Positions 1 through 8,944 of a stretch of 64,000 nucleotides of DNA are shown here, piece by piece. The position numbers and the translations under genes are program-made. This DNA is from Acidimicrobiales bacterium. Its GTDB lineage: Bacteria > Actinomycetota > Acidimicrobiia > Acidimicrobiales > UBA8592. A model generated the notes under the pieces. The model did not search any database. It saw only the letters and a list, made by a program, of their open reading frames with translations, and had not been told where the DNA came from. Where the stretch lies: contig JASLWO010000028.1 in NCBI GenBank assembly GCA_030740795.1, positions 8,223-72,222 of the forward strand, in the 5' to 3' direction. Every line of letters starts with the position of its first letter. Within the stretch, counting starts at the first letter, position 1.

Positions 1-2
1 AA

Positions 3-338
3 GCATTGAAAAGACGCTGTTTGTTCTTGCATATTGACTATCCGGACTTAGAACGAGAACGGGAAATAATTCTTACTAAAGTCCCTGATATCAATGAGAA
101 TCTAGGTGACCAAATAGCAAGGGTGGTTCGCACTATCAGAGATCTTGAACTAAAAAAAGCTCCGTCGGTTTCTGAGACCTTGGATTGGGCTCGCACGTTG
201 GTTCATTTAGGTGTCGAGCATATCGATGCAAAAACTGCTACTGAAACAGTTAATATTCTTTTGAAATACCGTTCAGATATTGAAAAAGCAGTTAAAGAAT
301 TCTCAACCGATGAGCAATTAAACTCAGAAGAAGAATGA
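3..338 (+). CDS. MoxR/CoxD-family AAA+ ATPase, C-terminal part (5' end outside window)
   Basis: Frame open from the window edge: ALKRRCLFLHIDYP...KKAPSVSETLDWAR, typical of the CoxD-type MoxR C-terminus; its stop overlaps the start of a VWA gene (ATGA). Confidence 0.85.
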   Translation, partial: ALKRRCLFLHIDYPDLEREREIILTKVPDINENLGDQIARVVRTIRDLELKKAPSVSETLDWARTLVHLGVEHIDAKTATETVNILLKYRSDIEKAVKEFSTDEQLNSEEE

Positions 339-1792
339 CCAGCGAAACTAAACATTCTCCGTTGCTTGAGTTACTGAATGGTTTTATAGTTGAGTTGAGA
401 GGTGCTGGCCTTCCTGTAAGCCTTACTGAAAATTTAGATGCAGTAGAAGCTGTTAAGCATATTCCAATAGAAGATAGAGAAACATTTAAGTATGCATTAG
501 CAGCGACGCTCGTTAAGAATCATGCCCATTGGCGAGCTTTTGAGACAGTTTTTGAAGTTTACTTCTCTTTGCGAGGACAGGAGTACGAATTACAGGATGG
601 GGAATGGGACGACAGTGACGCAGATTTTGAAATGTCTGATGAGAGCCAAAATGGTCAAATGCCTGGGCAAGGTGGAGGTCAAGAAGGATTGACCCAAGAA
701 CAACTGGCAGAAATGTTATTTAAAGCGCTTTCAAAGATGGACCAGAATTTGATGCGCGCAGTCGCAAGACAATCAGTGCAAAGGTTTGCTGGCATGGAAC
801 CCGGGCGTCCAGTTGGGGGCACATATTATCTCTACCGAACGCTAAGAAACCTAGATTTAGATGGAGTACTTCAGCGATTACTTGAACAAGACATCAAATC
901 AAAAGAAGTATCTGACTTTCTTGATGAAAGGCTACGAAAAGATGAGTATGAACACCGGATTGAACAGTTCAAGAAAGAGATAGAAGCTGAAATCCGTCGA
1001 AGATTGGTTGCGGATAGGGGAGTAGAGGCAATGGCTAAAACTCTTCGAAAGCCTCTGCCAGAGGACGTTGATTTTATGCACGCCAGTCGAGAAGAAATGG
1101 TTTCGTTGAGAAGGGCCATATGGCCATTAACAAGGAAATTAGCCGTCAGATTAGCTCGCAAACGTAGACACGGGCGAAAGGGACCATTGGATTTCCGAAG
1201 GACCGTCCGTCATTCACTATCGTATGGGGGAGTTCCTGCCGAACCGAAGTTTAAGTATCCTAAACCGTCCAAACCAGAAATAATGGTTATCGCCGACATT
1301 TCTGGCTCAGTTGCAGCCTTTGCTAGATTTACGCTTCATTTGGTATACGCATTGAATAATCAATTTTCTAAAGTCCGCTCATTCGTTTTCATTGACGGGC
1401 TGGATGAAGTAACTGACTTCTTTGAAGGAGTAGATGACATAACCGAAGCGATCCATCGTGTTAACACCGAAGCAGATGTTATTTGGGTGGATGGTCACTC
1501 TGATTATGGTCACGCTTTTGAAGTTTTTGACGAACGCTACGGTAAAGATGTGGGACCTAAAACGACAGTGATGATTCTTGGAGATGCTAGAAACAATTAT
1601 CACGCTTCTCAGTCATGGGTTATAAAGGAAATTGAAGATAAAGCGCGAAAGGTATTCTGGCTTAACCCTGAACCTAGAAGTTACTGGGACACAGGCGATT
1701 CAATTGTCAGCGAATACAGTGATATATGTGACGGGGTTTTTGAAGTAAGGAACCTTAAACAACTCGAAGCATTTGTTGAGAATCTGGTTTAA
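335..1792 (+). CDS. VWA domain-containing CoxE-like protein
   Basis: MIDAS motif DISGS plus GDARNNY and WLNPEP; paired with the upstream MoxR ATPase. Confidence 0.85.
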   Translation: MTSETKHSPLLELLNGFIVELRGAGLPVSLTENLDAVEAVKHIPIEDRETFKYALAATLVKNHAHWRAFETVFEVYFSLRGQEYELQDGEWDDSDADFEMSDESQNGQMPGQGGGQEGLTQEQLAEMLFKALSKMDQNLMRAVARQSVQRFAGMEPGRPVGGTYYLYRTLRNLDLDGVLQRLLEQDIKSKEVSDFLDERLRKDEYEHRIEQFKKEIEAEIRRRLVADRGVEAMAKTLRKPLPEDVDFMHASREEMVSLRRAIWPLTRKLAVRLARKRRHGRKGPLDFRRTVRHSLSYGGVPAEPKFKYPKPSKPEIMVIADISGSVAAFARFTLHLVYALNNQFSKVRSFVFIDGLDEVTDFFEGVDDITEAIHRVNTEADVIWVDGHSDYGHAFEVFDERYGKDVGPKTTVMILGDARNNYHASQSWVIKEIEDKARKVFWLNPEPRSYWDTGDSIVSEYSDICDGVFEVRNLKQLEAFVENLV

Positions 1793-1793
1793 G

Positions 1794-3137
1794 TTAATTT
1801 CTTAACTGCTCTGAAACTTGGAACGCTAGTTCAAGACTTTGTGAAGCATTCAGTCTTGGATCGCACATAGTTTCATAACGCAAAGCAAGATCCTCGTCGG
1901 AGACTTTGTCAGCTCCACCTAGACATTCAGTTACATTGTCACCGGTTAATTCAATGTGTATTCCACCAGCCCAAGTTCCTAGGTCTCGATGAATGTTGAA
2001 AAAGCATCGTGTTTCTTCAAGCACATCATCAAAATCTCTTGTCTTCAATCCCGAATCTGCACTAAATGTGTTTCCATGCATAGGGTCACAAGCCCACACG
2101 ACAGGGTGCCCAGAATCTTGAACCCCTTGAATTAGCTCCGGAAGCCGTTCAGTAATTAATGAGGTCCCCATTCTGGTGATCAAAGTCAACCTTCCGGGAC
2201 GCTGTTCAGGGTTTAACGTTTCGCATAATTTAATCACCTCATCTGATGAAGCCGTCGGTCCGATTTTACAGCCGAGTGGATTTTTGACTCCACGCAAAAA
2301 TTCAATATGGGCGCCACCAAGCTGACGGGTCCTTTCGCCGATCCAGAGCATATGGGCTGAACAGTCGTACCATTCTCCACTAGTCGAATCCTGTCGTGTC
2401 AAAGATTGTTCATAACCGAGTAATAGAGCTTCATGGCTTGTGTAGAAGTCAACTTCATGCAAGGCAGGGTGATCTTTTGAAGTAATGCCACAAGCTTTCA
2501 TGAATGCTAATGCGTCGGTGATCCCATCGGCGATTTGTTTATATCGCGCACCTGCTGGGCTGTGGGTTACAAACTCTTGATTCCAAGAGTGGACTTGGGT
2601 GAGGTCAGCGAAACCACCACTAGTGAACGCTCGAAGCAAATTTAAAGTAGATGAACTTTGATGGTATGCCTGGAGCAATCTTTGGGGATTTGCTTTCCTA
2701 GCCCCAGCGTCAAACTCAGCATCGTTGACGATATGTCCACGGAAAGAAGGAAGTTCAAGATCATCTTTGGTCTCAGTTGGGCTGGATCGGGGTTTAGCAA
2801 ACTGTCCAGCTATACGACCGATTTTGACAACAGGAAGCCCTGTTGAATACGTGAGGGCTACAGCCATTTGCAGAATAACTTTAAGTTTGTCCCGTATTGA
2901 ATTAGCGGAAAGAGAATCAAATGACTCTGCGCAGTCTCCTGCTTGGAGCAATAATGCGTTTCCTTCGCATACATTTCCTAGTTGTTCTTGGAGGGTCCGT
3001 GCTTCACCAGCAAAAACTAGGGGAGGGAGAGAAGAAATTTCCTTGAGGACACTCTCTAACTCGTCAGAATCGGGCCAGTCAGGCTGTTGCTCGACTGGGA
3101 AATCTTTCCATGTATGGGGTGTCCATTGATTCGTCAC
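1794..3137 (-). CDS. Class II 3-deoxy-7-phosphoheptulonate (DAHP) synthase
   Basis: GDCAE, RIAGQFAKPRS, WIGERTR, DPMHGNT and CDPRLN motifs. Confidence 0.95.
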   Translation of the reverse strand: MTNQWTPHTWKDFPVEQQPDWPDSDELESVLKEISSLPPLVFAGEARTLQEQLGNVCEGNALLLQAGDCAESFDSLSANSIRDKLKVILQMAVALTYSTGLPVVKIGRIAGQFAKPRSSPTETKDDLELPSFRGHIVNDAEFDAGARKANPQRLLQAYHQSSSTLNLLRAFTSGGFADLTQVHSWNQEFVTHSPAGARYKQIADGITDALAFMKACGITSKDHPALHEVDFYTSHEALLLGYEQSLTRQDSTSGEWYDCSAHMLWIGERTRQLGGAHIEFLRGVKNPLGCKIGPTASSDEVIKLCETLNPEQRPGRLTLITRMGTSLITERLPELIQGVQDSGHPVVWACDPMHGNTFSADSGLKTRDFDDVLEETRCFFNIHRDLGTWAGGIHIELTGDNVTECLGGADKVSDEDLALRYETMCDPRLNASQSLELAFQVSEQLRN

Positions 3138-3214
3138 CTAACAATTCTCTCTTTATATGACGCAGATCACAACTGAATTACGGTATTGGTAAAGAAAATT
3201 GATAGAAACGGTAG

Positions 3215-4051
3215 CTACGCTGCGTCGATATCCATTTGGTCAGGGGCGCTTTCTCGGACAATGTTTACGGCTCGTTTCACTAGGCGTCGTGCCGCTTCAG
3301 CTGTAACTCCGAGTTCTTCTCCTACCTCGCGATAGCTACGTTTCCTGCCATCTTGAAGCCCGAAACGCTGTTCTACAGCATAACGAGCCCTATCATCAAG
3401 AACATTTAGGAGGTCATAGACCATGGTTTCGCGTGCTTCTTCCATTACCGCTTGCTCAGGTCCAGGGTTCACGTCGGGAAGAAGGTCAACTAGTTCGTTG
3501 CTATCATCATCCCCAATTGTTCTATCAAGAGAGGTAGGGGTTGTTAGTCGGTGCAATCGAGCATGTTCTTCGTCCAACTCGTCTCCATCGCCAGAAACTT
3601 GCCTAAGGGCAGCCCGAAGACTAGCTGATCGGTCTCCAGGGAGGCGCACGAGGCTAGCTTTCTGATCCAACGCTCGTCCTATAGCTTGACGGATCCAGAA
3701 AGTGGCGTACGTTGAGAACTTGAAACCTTTTCGCCAGTCAAATTTGTCCACGGCATGTTCAAGACCAAGATTTCCTTCTTGTATGAGGTCAAGCAATTCC
3801 ATTCCTGCAGGAAGAGGGTAGCGGCGAGCAACGCTAACTACTAAACGAAGATTCGCCCTGATGAAACGGTCCTTGGCAACAGCGGCCTTCCTATCAGCAC
3901 GCTTTAATTCGACGCCTTTCTCACCATCGGCAAGTCGTTGTCTTGCTTCGACACCTTTCTCGATGATTTGTGATAGTTCACGTTCTTCTGCGGCGGTTAG
4001 CAAAGGAACCAATCCTATTTCATTTAAATATTGTCCTACTGAATCACTCAT
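3215..4051 (-). CDS. RNA polymerase sigma-70 factor, RpoD/SigB-like, lacking region 1.1
   Basis: Region 1.2 DSVGQYLNEIG, region 2 ANLRLVVSVA...DLIQEGNLGL...KFSTYATFWIRQAI, region 4 HTH. Start moved from 4222 to ATG 4051, where homology begins after a purine-rich SD-like stretch. Confidence 0.9.
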   Translation of the reverse strand: MSDSVGQYLNEIGLVPLLTAAEERELSQIIEKGVEARQRLADGEKGVELKRADRKAAVAKDRFIRANLRLVVSVARRYPLPAGMELLDLIQEGNLGLEHAVDKFDWRKGFKFSTYATFWIRQAIGRALDQKASLVRLPGDRSASLRAALRQVSGDGDELDEEHARLHRLTTPTSLDRTIGDDDSNELVDLLPDVNPGPEQAVMEEARETMVYDLLNVLDDRARYAVEQRFGLQDGRKRSYREVGEELGVTAEAARRLVKRAVNIVRESAPDQMDIDAA

Positions 4052-4292
4052 AATTATTTTCTTCTCACTTTGGGGGTTTATCTGGTTTCCCAGAGGTATT
4101 TTTAGACACCGATTTACGCAATCGGCTTCATTATCAATTTGGATCGGGGGGATCTTTGATACGAAATTTTCTATTGTTCTGCTTTCACCAGAAGCACTAA
4201 GCGCGACAGTTACCGATCCCAAAGGAACCGGTGGATAAAAGCAAATCCACAGTAATGGATAAAATCACAAAAATCCAGTATTACTGTAAATA

Positions 4293-4301
4293 ATTATAGC
4301 A
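4293..4301 (-). promoter_or_regulatory. Extended -10 promoter (TGcTATAAT) of the sigma factor gene; predicted TSS ~4287
   Basis: Minus strand reads TGCTATAAT, a perfect extended -10. Confidence 0.6.
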
Positions 4302-4368
4302 CATTACATAAATTCCTTGGATTTACGGGATAAACATGGATTTAATCGCTTTATTGTAAACTTCTACT

Positions 4369-4959
4369 GTGGCTAAAAAACAGATTATTGGAGTTTTCGG
4401 AGGAACTTTTGATCCCCCTCATCAAGCACATTTGGAAGTAGGCAGACAAGTTGCATTGGAACTTGGAATGGCGCAGATCCTGTTCGTAGTTGCTAATGAT
4501 CCCTGGCAGAAGACATTAGAGAAAGAAATTACTAGTGCGACGGACCGTTTCAAAATGGTACAACTCATGCTTGCTCAGGACCCAAACTTAGTGGCTTCAG
4601 ATGTGGAACTTGTATTGGGAGGCGAATCAGTTACCGCTCAAACCCTTGAGAGACTGACTTCTTTGTATCCCAACTGTGATTTGGATTTGATCGTTGGGTA
4701 CGATGCGGCGTTGGGAATTGAAACATGGAGGGATTACGAGAGGATCTTTGAGTATGCGCGAATAGTGGTTGTTGATCGCCCAGGGAAGCAGGACGAACTA
4801 CCCGGCTTTTTGAATGGAGCTTTGAGAGTAACTGGGCCTTCTCTTGATATTTCATCTGATGATATAAAGGATCGGCTTCAACGCGGGTTCGGAGTAGAAG
4901 GGTTACTCCCTGAATCAGTCAAAACGTATATAGTGGAAAATTTGATTTATGGTGGATGA
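4369..4959 (+). CDS. nadD: Nicotinate-nucleotide adenylyltransferase
   Basis: GVFGGTFDPPHQAH (HxxH) and ISS motif; nadD-X-rsfS synteny. Confidence 0.92.
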   Translation: MAKKQIIGVFGGTFDPPHQAHLEVGRQVALELGMAQILFVVANDPWQKTLEKEITSATDRFKMVQLMLAQDPNLVASDVELVLGGESVTAQTLERLTSLYPNCDLDLIVGYDAALGIETWRDYERIFEYARIVVVDRPGKQDELPGFLNGALRVTGPSLDISSDDIKDRLQRGFGVEGLLPESVKTYIVENLIYGG

Positions 4960-4962
4960 ATT

Positions 4963-6108
4963 TTGAGGAAGTCAATTACAAAAATTCGTTGGTGGATGTG
5001 GGGGGTTCCATTCATCACAGTTGCGCTGGTGGCTGGGATAGTACTTCTAGTACTGGATGCTACTGATGCTATTCTGACTTCCGCTGATGGAGATTTGGAC
5101 GAAGTGATTATTGACCCTGATGCACCGGGGTATGAAACTTTCGTCAATTCAACTCCGTCTCATCTATCCATGATTGAAAGTAGTAATGGGAGCCTTGTTT
5201 CTGTCTCAATTATTTCACTTTTCCCTAACGATGAAGGCGGTTCTTTGGTCGTGCTGCCTCCCGAATTAGTGATTTCCGAGGAGATTACTCTTAAGCAAAT
5301 TTACGAAGCCGATAGTTCTGAGGGAGTTGAATTTGTCATATCGGAATTTGTGAACATCGGATTCGACTCTGTAGCAGTACTGAAGGATGATTTTTGGGTT
5401 GAACATTTTTCAAGAATCGGATCGTTGCCTATCACTATTGAAGATTCATTGACCATTTCTGAGAATGAAGAGCAAGTCGTAGTTTTCGAATCTGGAAATG
5501 TTACAGTTCCAGCTGAACAAATTGGAGAATTCCTAGCTTGGATTAATGAAGGTGAATCTCCGTATAACCGGTGGCTTAGACACCAAAACTTTTGGGTAGC
5601 GTGGGTGAGTGAGTTAGCTACACGAAGTAACGGTCCGGTGCAATCTGATAGTGAAGAAGAGTTCCTTAGAATGATAAATGGACTATCTAATGGTGAAATG
5701 GTTTTATTAGAACTCGAATTGCTTGAAAGAGAAGATACGAGTGACAGTTTCTCTATTGATCAAAACCGTGCAGAAGAGTTACTGTTACAAATGATTCCAT
5801 TTCCTAAGGCAGCTTATGCGGGTTCGAGGGCGAAGATTAAATTGCTAGACGGTGTTGGAGGTCTTGACCTACCTAACGGCTATGTTCCTTCTCTTGTATC
5901 TGTCGGCGGGCAAATCATGCTCCTTGGGAACGCAGAGTCGTACGGGGTAGAGACAACACAGATAATTTACCATGATAAAATTTTTGAAGAATTCGTTAAT
6001 AATTTTTCTGATGTTTTGGAAGGTGCTGAATTGACCTATGATCCGGTTGCAGAAACCGCAGTAGATGTGACGGTAATTATTGGACAAAATTCTTTGGCGA
6101 TTGGTTGA
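4963..6108 (+). CDS. Membrane-anchored LCP-like / LytR C-terminal domain protein
   Basis: N-terminal TM helix; C-terminal LytR_C-like segment (KLLDG...GNA...TQIIYH...DVTVIIG); position between nadD and rsfS. Confidence 0.6.
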   Translation: MRKSITKIRWWMWGVPFITVALVAGIVLLVLDATDAILTSADGDLDEVIIDPDAPGYETFVNSTPSHLSMIESSNGSLVSVSIISLFPNDEGGSLVVLPPELVISEEITLKQIYEADSSEGVEFVISEFVNIGFDSVAVLKDDFWVEHFSRIGSLPITIEDSLTISENEEQVVVFESGNVTVPAEQIGEFLAWINEGESPYNRWLRHQNFWVAWVSELATRSNGPVQSDSEEEFLRMINGLSNGEMVLLELELLEREDTSDSFSIDQNRAEELLLQMIPFPKAAYAGSRAKIKLLDGVGGLDLPNGYVPSLVSVGGQIMLLGNAESYGVETTQIIYHDKIFEEFVNNFSDVLEGAELTYDPVAETAVDVTVIIGQNSLAIG

Positions 6109-6132
6109 TGTGAATACAGAAGACAAACGATC

Positions 6133-6480
6133 ATGAAATCTCCGTGGATCCAAACAACTTTGGAAGCGATTATTGAAAAAAATGGTCAAGATACTTCAAT
6201 CGTTGACGTAGGAGATGCAATAGGAATTACTGACTACTTTGTTATCACTACAGGTAGGAATTCAAGACAAGTTCGCGCTCTCGTTGAAGAGATCGAACGA
6301 CTTATAAAAAAAGGTAATGGACCGAGCCCAAAACGAATGGAAGGGAATCAGGATTATAAATGGGTCCTTATGGATTATGGCGACTTCATCGTCCATGTTT
6401 TTGACTCAAAAGAGCACGAATATTATCAATTGGACAAACTTTGGTCCGATATGCCTACTGAGAAGCTGATTGAATCTTAA
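6133..6480 (+). CDS. rsfS: Ribosome silencing factor RsfS (Iojap)
   Basis: DYFVITTG.NSRQV and WVLMDYGDFIVHVF...YYQLDKLW. Confidence 0.93.
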   Translation: MKSPWIQTTLEAIIEKNGQDTSIVDVGDAIGITDYFVITTGRNSRQVRALVEEIERLIKKGNGPSPKRMEGNQDYKWVLMDYGDFIVHVFDSKEHEYYQLDKLWSDMPTEKLIES

Positions 6481-6534
6481 TTTACTATATGGACGCCTAG
6501 GAAGGTTAGAAAGCGGATAAAGTGACCAAGTCAA

Positions 6535-6607
6535 GGGGCTATAGCTCAGTTGGTAGAGCGCTTCCATGGCATGGAAGAGGTCAGGGGTTCAATTCCCCTT
6601 AGCTCCA
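6535..6607 (+). tRNA. tRNA-Ala(GGC); CCA not encoded
   Basis: GGGGCTA/TAGCTCC acceptor stem with G3:U70, D arm GCTCAGTTGGTAGAGC, anticodon arm CTTCC-ATGGCAT-GGAAG, T arm AGGGG-TTCAATT-CCCCT. Confidence 0.97.
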
Positions 6608-6620
6608 CAAGGAGAAAGAA

Positions 6621-6743
6621 ATGGAATGTGAAGTTTGTGGTAACAGCATCAAATCGGGAGACTTGCACTGCGACTCTTGTTTTTCACTTGTCCAAAATGA
6701 ATTCCTTGATGAAGAAATGATCGTGGCCGATGACCTTCTTTAA
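6621..6743 (+). CDS. Small 40-aa zinc-ribbon-like protein (below the ORF-track cutoff)
   Basis: AAGGAG SD, then MECEVCGNSIKSGDLHCDSCFSLVQNEFLDEEMIVADDLL*: CxxC-x10-CxxC with an acidic tail. Confidence 0.65.
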   Translation: MECEVCGNSIKSGDLHCDSCFSLVQNEFLDEEMIVADDLL

Positions 6744-6799
6744 AAAAAGCAAAACTGGAATTGGTTCTTAGTCATACTACGGAGGGCTATATTCAAATT

Positions 6800-7501
6800 A
6801 TGAAAGAAGTTAACGACGCAACGTTTGCCGCAGATGTCATAGAGCGATCAAAACAGATTCCAGTGATCGTAGACCTGTGGGCTCCTTGGTGTGAACCATG
6901 TAAAGCTCTGACTCCCATTATTGAAACAGCAGTGATCGCCACTGGAGGGAAAGTCGAATTGGTAACAGTAAATATTGATGAGAATCCCCAGGTGCGCGAG
7001 ACTTTTCAGGTTCAAAGCATTCCTGCAGTGTACGCATTTAAAGATGGAGCCATTATCGATGGCTTTATGGGCGCACAAGGAGAGGAAGCAGTATCAACGT
7101 TTGTCAATGGGTTACTGCCTTCTGAGCAAGAAAAAATCATTGAATCTTTACTAGCCGAAGGTTCAGAATCTAGCTTGCTGGAAATACTCGCAGCAGTGCC
7201 AGACCATTTGGAAGCAGTTACTGCTTTAGCGAAGGCATACATAGACGACGATAAAAATGAAGAAGCTCTTTCCCTTCTCAAACGCATCCCAGAGACAGCT
7301 GACACTAGGCATTTGGCTGCCATTGCGCGTACTGGAGATGTTGAAACTGAAGAGGTATATGTAAAATTAGAACAACTTTTAGAAACAGTAAAAGATGATG
7401 AATCAGCTCGGCAAGAGTACGTTGATTTGCTTGATGTTCTTGGCCCCGATTCAGTTGAAGCGAATGATTACCGACGCAAACTTGCTTCGAAATTATTCTA
7501 A
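6800..7501 (+). CDS. Thioredoxin-TPR co-chaperone (CnoX/YbbN-like)
   Basis: WAPWCEPC thioredoxin motif, TPR-like C-terminus ending YRRKLASKLF; ATG 6800 chosen as start, downstream of GGAGG. Confidence 0.85.
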   Translation: MKEVNDATFAADVIERSKQIPVIVDLWAPWCEPCKALTPIIETAVIATGGKVELVTVNIDENPQVRETFQVQSIPAVYAFKDGAIIDGFMGAQGEEAVSTFVNGLLPSEQEKIIESLLAEGSESSLLEILAAVPDHLEAVTALAKAYIDDDKNEEALSLLKRIPETADTRHLAAIARTGDVETEEVYVKLEQLLETVKDDESARQEYVDLLDVLGPDSVEANDYRRKLASKLF

Positions 7502-7537
7502 ATAACCTTTGTCATTGAGGTCGTGTATCTTTGAAGA

Positions 7538-8545
7538 ATGGCCCAAGAAAAACCCGTTTATCTGATCCGCGGAGACGATCCTTCAGTATTAAGCCAAGAG
7601 TTAACGAAACTTACTAAAGAACTTGTTGGCGACGGAGATAGGTCGCTTCTTATAGAAGAGATAACGGAACAAGATTATGAAGACGATGATGGCAACTATT
7701 CGCTATCACCATTACTAAATGCTGCGCAAACTATTCCTTTCCTAACAGAAAGACGGATAGTAGTCGGAAGAGATCTGGGAAGATTCTCTAAATCCGCTGA
7801 TATCCAGCCTTTATTGGAATACCTTGAGAGCCCTCTATCTACGAACTCCTTGATTCTTGTCTGGGAGAAAGGCCCTAAGCTACAACGTTTAGGAAACCTG
7901 CCAAAGCAACTTCTGGAATCAGTTACGACATTTGGTGAAATCATAGATGGCCGGATCGGTCGGAAAACAAAAGATTGGATCACTGAACAAGCAACCCATT
8001 CAGGAATACATCTTGATAGGGCATCAATTGATCTCATAACTGAAATAGTGGGGGAGGAGGTTTCTCGCGTACCTTCGCTCCTTCAAACTCTTTTGTCAAC
8101 GTTTGGTGAAGGAAGTCGTCTCGGAACAGACGACGTGAAGCCTTATTTAGGCGATTCTGGTGGTGTTCCCCCATGGGAACTAACTGACTCTATAGCAAAA
8201 GGAGATCCTGCACTAGCATTGAAAACATTAGCTAGGATGCAAGGTCCCGGTGGGCGTCATCAAATGCAAATTATGGGATTTTTGAACAGTCATTTTTCTA
8301 GAATTCTTCGGCTAGCAGGAATGCAACTTTCTACACCACAAAACGCTGCTGCTGAACTTGGAGACAAATCAACTTTCCGAGCAAAGAAAACACTTGAAGA
8401 GTCGAGAAAGTTGGGAAATGGTCGCAGCAAAAAAGCAGTCATCTTTCTTTCAAAAGCCGATCTTGATTTGCGAGGGGCTACTGGGACACCTCCAGAAGTA
8501 ACTATGGAACTTCTAGTGGCAAGACTAGCGAACTTGTACCGTTGA
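7538..8545 (+). CDS. holA: DNA polymerase III delta subunit
   Basis: VYLIRGDD N-terminus, PFL.ERRIV, PWELTDSI; convergent with rpsT as is usual. Confidence 0.85.
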   Translation: MAQEKPVYLIRGDDPSVLSQELTKLTKELVGDGDRSLLIEEITEQDYEDDDGNYSLSPLLNAAQTIPFLTERRIVVGRDLGRFSKSADIQPLLEYLESPLSTNSLILVWEKGPKLQRLGNLPKQLLESVTTFGEIIDGRIGRKTKDWITEQATHSGIHLDRASIDLITEIVGEEVSRVPSLLQTLLSTFGEGSRLGTDDVKPYLGDSGGVPPWELTDSIAKGDPALALKTLARMQGPGGRHQMQIMGFLNSHFSRILRLAGMQLSTPQNAAAELGDKSTFRAKKTLEESRKLGNGRSKKAVIFLSKADLDLRGATGTPPEVTMELLVARLANLYR

Positions 8546-8552
8546 CTTTGAG

Positions 8553-8816
8553 TTAGGAAGATTCAATTGAATTCAGTTGCTTAACTAAGCGGCTTTTCTT
8601 TCTAGCAGCAGTGTTTTTATGAATGATTTTTTTGGCAACCGCTTTGTCAATTTTTTTGATTGCTGCACGTAAATCTTCGGAATTGGCATTGCCGGATTCT
8701 GCATTCGTAATAACGGACTTAACGCGTGAACCTATTTCTGAACGGACTCCTTTATTCTTAGTCCGCCTTTTTTCGTTTTGTCGATTTCGTTTTATTTGAC
8801 CCTTAATGTTTGCCAC
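8553..8816 (-). CDS. rpsT: 30S ribosomal protein S20
   Basis: MANIKGQIKRNRQNEKRR...IHKNTAARKKSRL. Confidence 0.97.
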   Translation of the reverse strand: MANIKGQIKRNRQNEKRRTKNKGVRSEIGSRVKSVITNAESGNANSEDLRAAIKKIDKAVAKKIIHKNTAARKKSRLVKQLNSIESS

Positions 8817-8944
8817 GTTTCACCCTTGTAAAATTATTTGTGCCCCTATCGGAGGAGTTTCTTCCGAAGGCAACTACCGTCACTAGTTACCTCGTATGCT
8901 ACCGAAACAGTGTTTAAATAGGACAAATCTCGTCAAGAACTAAT

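Noticed and set aside
3-1792. Carbon monoxide dehydrogenase cluster implied by CoxD/CoxE-like genes
   Set aside because: No coxL/M/S in the window, and MoxR-VWA pairs serve many clients.
4052-4222. N-terminal extension of the sigma factor given by the ORF track
   Set aside because: No resemblance to region 1.1, it coincides with the hairpin-rich leader, and ATG 4051 has an SD-like sequence.
4230-4275. DnaA-box cluster (TGGATAA/ATCCAC) between the sigma gene and nadD
   Set aside because: Better explained as arms of RNA hairpins in the sigma leader; none is a perfect box.
6535-6800. Integrative element at tRNA-Ala
   Set aside because: No integrase, no duplicated tRNA 3' end noticed, and housekeeping genes follow directly.
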